Shown one piece after another: positions 17,054 to 20,000 of a stretch of DNA of 20,000 nucleotides (its first letter is position 1; the number at the start of each line of letters is the position of its first letter). Below the pieces are notes generated by a model. The model searched no databases. It was not told the origin of the DNA and was given only the letters and a program-made list of their open reading frames with translations. This stretch comes from an uncultured virus (IMG/VR IMGVR_UViG_3300010391_000003) (Duplodnaviria > Heunggongvirae > Uroviricota > Caudoviricetes). The position numbers and the translations under genes are program-made. Where the stretch lies: the IMG/VR virus record IMGVR_UViG_3300010391_000003; one strand, given 5' to 3'.

Positions 17054-17218
17054 ATGGCAAACTATAAAGTTGCATTATCAGCAGATGTTCGTGGTGTTTC
17101 TGTCCACAACGATTTAAAACCTGCAAGACAATCACAGAAAAAGCACGGAAACAAATATAAAATATTCAGATGGATAGGTTCATCTGGAGAAAAAGGATAT
17201 TGGTCTGAAATGAGATGA
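17054..17218 (+). CDS. YKVAL-family microprotein 4 (54 aa)
   Basis: MANYKVALSADVRGVSVHNDLKPARQSQKKHGNKYKIFRWIGSSGEKGYWSEMR. Confidence 0.8.
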   Translation: MANYKVALSADVRGVSVHNDLKPARQSQKKHGNKYKIFRWIGSSGEKGYWSEMR

Positions 17219-17221
17219 ATT

Positions 17222-17377
17222 ATGTTATTACTTGGTGCAACACTTAGAATCATCAGAGATGATTTAGATGAAGCAGTACACGGAAGAAATCCTCTCAAGA
17301 AAAAGTGTGAGTGGTGTAAAGACTTATATAATACAAATCTTAATGAAAGACAAAGAAAGTTAATATATGGAAGATAA
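17222..17377 (+). CDS. Last array microprotein (51 aa)
   Basis: MLLLGATLRIIRDDLDEAVHGRNPLKKKCEWCK...; the only array member with Cys. Confidence 0.6.
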   Translation: MLLLGATLRIIRDDLDEAVHGRNPLKKKCEWCKDLYNTNLNERQRKLIYGR

Positions 17378-17419
17378 AATTTCTAATATTTAAGTCTATT
17401 TGTTTTTTATACATTTCTC

Positions 17420-17562
17420 AATTATGTCATAATTAGGGGACAATTATGGTATAATTTTTAAGAGTTCTTAATGATTAATACTGTTAGTAAAACTAAAAAT
17501 TCTTATATTCAACACAAAACTTTATATACTCTTAAAATCAATACCATAATTATACCTAAATT
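17420..17562. promoter_or_regulatory. Cytochrome gene promoter with repeated AATTAT-N3-ATAATT palindromes
   Basis: AATTATGTCATAATT (17420), AATTATGGTATAATT (17442), TATA box TTTATATACT (17521), degenerate copies at 17537 and 17548. Confidence 0.55.
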
Positions 17563-17622
17563 AAACCAAAATCAGAAAAGGTTTAATGAGGGCAGATAAA
17601 AAGAATAAAGGAGAAAAGAATT

Positions 17623-18807
17623 ATGAACAAGAAAATGTTAATAGTCATTGCCCTAGTAGGCATAGGACTATGGGCTCTCCCTCAGACAATGTCATTGTTT
17701 GCAGGACAGCATAGTTTTGTCAATATTGACGCAACTGGAAACCAGATTAATTGTGTAAAATGTCACGGTGATGTTCAGTCAGAACTATCTGGAACAGCAG
17801 TAAATGCAAAAACTGGAACAGTTACACCACATGCAACATTCAAGTGTGAATATTGTCATAGGATCGAAGCAGGAGCAGCATCAGGTGATAATGCTTATGC
17901 AATTGTAACTTATACCAATGTTTCACCAACAGTATCAGGTATAAAGAACATGAGAACCATCGCAATTTCAATGGCAGATTTCGAAGAAGAAAACTTCCCA
18001 ACGACCATCACAAATGATGTTACAACCATAGCACAGGTTGAAGCCGCATGGGGTAAAAAGTTTGCACTCGCATACGGTGGCAAGGCTCAGGCAGCACTGA
18101 GTCCAAAATCAGGAACTTATGTATCATCAGGAGTAACATATACGATTGGTTCAGAAACAGACACTGGAGTCTTAAGTATAGCTAATGAATATGAAAAATC
18201 ACTATACAATACAAGCACCAATCCAGGCACTCCTTATGATACATCAGCAAGAAAGACGGAAGGTATGATTTTGAATAAACAACCAGGAGATATTGGCAAT
18301 TGGGCAGCAAGTTCAAGATATTTCACACCAAACCTTTATGATGTAGGTTCAAAAGCAGTTAATCCAGGTAGCGAATATCACGCAGCAAGTCTCGTCTCTT
18401 GTCTAGAATGTCATGGTGGAGCAGAACCACTTGGTCACTATAGTAGAATATTAGATGGTGAAAAGACACAATCATGCGAACAGTGCCACTATGGTTCGAC
18501 AAATAGATGGGTTGAACTTGGTGCAGGTGGATTTGGTCTTCTTGGCGGATCTGACACTGGTGCAACAGAAGCACACAAAGAGTTCCAACTAACAGATGAT
18601 GGTATGACAAGACAGGTTGCAGTTACTGGTGGAAATGCAAGTAATGGTGCTTGTGTAGCATGTCATACTCACGTAGCAGTAGATATTAAATATCAGAAAC
18701 CATCTGAATATCAATTTGATGTAAACTTCTTTGATGATGGAAGCGAAGGAATAGGAGGATATACAATTGGTGGAACAACATATACATACAGTGGAACACC
18801 AAGATAA
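17623..18807 (+). CDS. Exported pentaheme c-type cytochrome ('FAGQH' N-terminus)
   Basis: Signal/TM segment; CVKCH, CEYCH, CLECH, CEQCH, CVACH; several extra His as potential distal ligands; AAGGAG RBS. Confidence 0.9.
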   Translation: MNKKMLIVIALVGIGLWALPQTMSLFAGQHSFVNIDATGNQINCVKCHGDVQSELSGTAVNAKTGTVTPHATFKCEYCHRIEAGAASGDNAYAIVTYTNVSPTVSGIKNMRTIAISMADFEEENFPTTITNDVTTIAQVEAAWGKKFALAYGGKAQAALSPKSGTYVSSGVTYTIGSETDTGVLSIANEYEKSLYNTSTNPGTPYDTSARKTEGMILNKQPGDIGNWAASSRYFTPNLYDVGSKAVNPGSEYHAASLVSCLECHGGAEPLGHYSRILDGEKTQSCEQCHYGSTNRWVELGAGGFGLLGGSDTGATEAHKEFQLTDDGMTRQVAVTGGNASNGACVACHTHVAVDIKYQKPSEYQFDVNFFDDGSEGIGGYTIGGTTYTYSGTPR

Positions 18808-18809
18808 AT

Positions 18810-18840
18810 AAGAAGGGAATTTCCCTTCTTTTTCTTTTTC
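18810..18840 (+). terminator. Hairpin plus oligo-T terminator
   Basis: AAGAAGGGAA-T-TTCCCTTCTT then TTTCTTTTT. Confidence 0.7.
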
Positions 18841-18853
18841 AATAATAGTTATC

Positions 18854-18863
18854 TTTATATACT
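18854..18863 (+). promoter_or_regulatory. TATA box, leaderless promoter
   Basis: TTTATATACT exactly 21 nt before ATG 18885. Confidence 0.65.
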
Positions 18864-18884
18864 TTAAACCTCATATCTTTAATT

Positions 18885-19496
18885 ATGAAAATGAGGACAA
18901 TAGCACTAATATTTCTTTTAATTTTAATACCTATTTCAAGTGCTATACAACTTGATATAAATCATAAAGAGGTATATTGTTTTAATTGTCATGGTGGTTC
19001 CCAAGGATATTCTGTTGGACAAGATGAATATTGTGGTGATTGTCATTCATTATATTCAGGAAATCAAAATTTTAAAGAACAACACGAAGCAATATCGTGT
19101 AAAGGTTGTCATAAGACATATAGTTTGGAAACCTTTCATCCAGTACATAAAAATATTTCTTGTAATACATGTCATATAGATAATACACTTCCAGATAATA
19201 AATATTATGATTGTCTATCTTGTCATATTTCTGGATTACATTCTACTCATTTAGAAAAATCATGTGAAACCTGTCATCAAAATACAATCTCACCAAAACC
19301 TACTTTAGAAGTTATACAAAAAACTACACAAAATTGTGATGAAGATGGTTGTTGGGAAGAAATTGTATATGAAAATAATATAAACGAAACAAAATCTATA
19401 AATACTTCAAAACCAATTACTAATTACAAAAGGTTCACCATTTTACAGATTTTGGTGAACATATACGAAAAAATAATAGGTGATATATATGGGTAA
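18885..19496 (+). CDS. Exported hexaheme c-type cytochrome
   Basis: Signal peptide; CFNCH, CGDCH, CKGCH, CNTCH, CLSCH, CETCH within about 100 aa. Confidence 0.88.
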   Translation: MKMRTIALIFLLILIPISSAIQLDINHKEVYCFNCHGGSQGYSVGQDEYCGDCHSLYSGNQNFKEQHEAISCKGCHKTYSLETFHPVHKNISCNTCHIDNTLPDNKYYDCLSCHISGLHSTHLEKSCETCHQNTISPKPTLEVIQKTTQNCDEDGCWEEIVYENNINETKSINTSKPITNYKRFTILQILVNIYEKIIGDIYG

Positions 19497-19926
19497 AGTA
19501 ACGATAGCAATATTGTTGTTAATGATAACAGCGGCACTGGTAATAGGGAATAACACAGGAATATTCGGGTCGAAACCTGCTCTTAAATTAGTTGTAAAGA
19601 CAGGACTTGACAATAATGGGACAGTTAAAGTAACAAATATGACATTTGAACAAACAACAGTACCATTCTTCTACAGAAGAGCAGATGTTCCTGCAAAATA
19701 TCCAGATATAAATGCATATGTGAGATATGATACTATAAATTCTGAGCCAAAAAGTTACTGGTCTTCGGTTTATAGAACAGATGATGAAGGTTTATATACC
19801 CTTATACTTACATTCAGAAATGGAAAAGAACCTAAATTAAATGACACGTTGATAATTTCAACTAAAGTCACAAATTTCAATGGAGATATAGAATCAAAGA
19901 GTACTGCATTTTATGGATGGAAATAA
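19489..19926 (+). CDS. Exported or membrane-anchored beta-rich protein
   Basis: AGGTGA RBS, ATG 19489, N-terminal hydrophobic segment, N-x-T sequons. Confidence 0.7.
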   Translation: MGKVTIAILLLMITAALVIGNNTGIFGSKPALKLVVKTGLDNNGTVKVTNMTFEQTTVPFFYRRADVPAKYPDINAYVRYDTINSEPKSYWSSVYRTDDEGLYTLILTFRNGKEPKLNDTLIISTKVTNFNGDIESKSTAFYGWK

Positions 19927-20000
19927 ACTTCTGTTAGTTTTGGTATTACTCGGAATAACAGTATGGAATATCCCTAATACCACATCAATATTTCAAGGTC
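19913..20000 (+). CDS. 5' end of a probable paralogue of the 17623 cytochrome (truncated by window)
   Basis: MDGNKLLLVLVLLGITVWNIPNTTSIFQG(C..) aligns without gaps to MNKKMLIVIALVGIGLWALPQTMSLFAGQ. Confidence 0.7.
   Translation, partial: MDGNKLLLVLVLLGITVWNIPNTTSIFQG

Noticed and set aside
14484..17377. Integron-like or CRISPR-like DNA repeats separating array genes
   Set aside because: Spacers are only 1-16 nt and share just AAT(A/T)ATG start context; no recombination-site-sized repeat seen.
595..18610. All minus-strand ORFs in the track
   Set aside because: They are antisense shadows of better-supported + strand genes, with F/L/I/S-rich composition expected from the reverse of A-rich coding DNA and no motifs.
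1..20000. tRNA, rRNA, CRISPR array, transposase, integrase or capsid genes
   Set aside because: No cloverleaf-like GC-rich segment, repeat-spacer periodicity or diagnostic motifs were seen by eye.

Overview
A very AT-rich (roughly 27-30% GC by eye), gene-dense window with all credible genes on the + strand, archaeal TATA-box promoters and many tiny ORFs. It reads like a large archaeal extrachromosomal element or virus, probably of a Methanosarcinales/Methanoperedens-type host (Borg-like content, but no Borg-type tandem repeats seen). Left to right: (i) an amber-interrupted HNH-type gene and a stand-alone family-B DNA polymerase N-terminal (uracil-sensing) domain; (ii) nucleotide metabolism genes (dCMP deaminase, orotate-PRTase-like, class III RNR NrdD and a distant NrdG-type activase) interleaved with HNH genes and about 20 micro-ORFs, many Cys-rich; (iii) a cell-surface module (SGF-anchored proteins, PGF-pre-PGF protein, a frameshifted exported protein, a transglutaminase-like protein); (iv) a 3.1-kb array of 16 tightly packed 46-83 aa mostly basic, almost Cys-free microproteins, including four 'YKVAL' paralogues absent from the ORF track that alternate with variable partner genes; (v) a multiheme cytochrome cluster (pentaheme, hexaheme, accessory protein and the start of a paralogue at the right edge) behind a repeated palindromic operator-like site. 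All calls are from motif reading; no searches were run.
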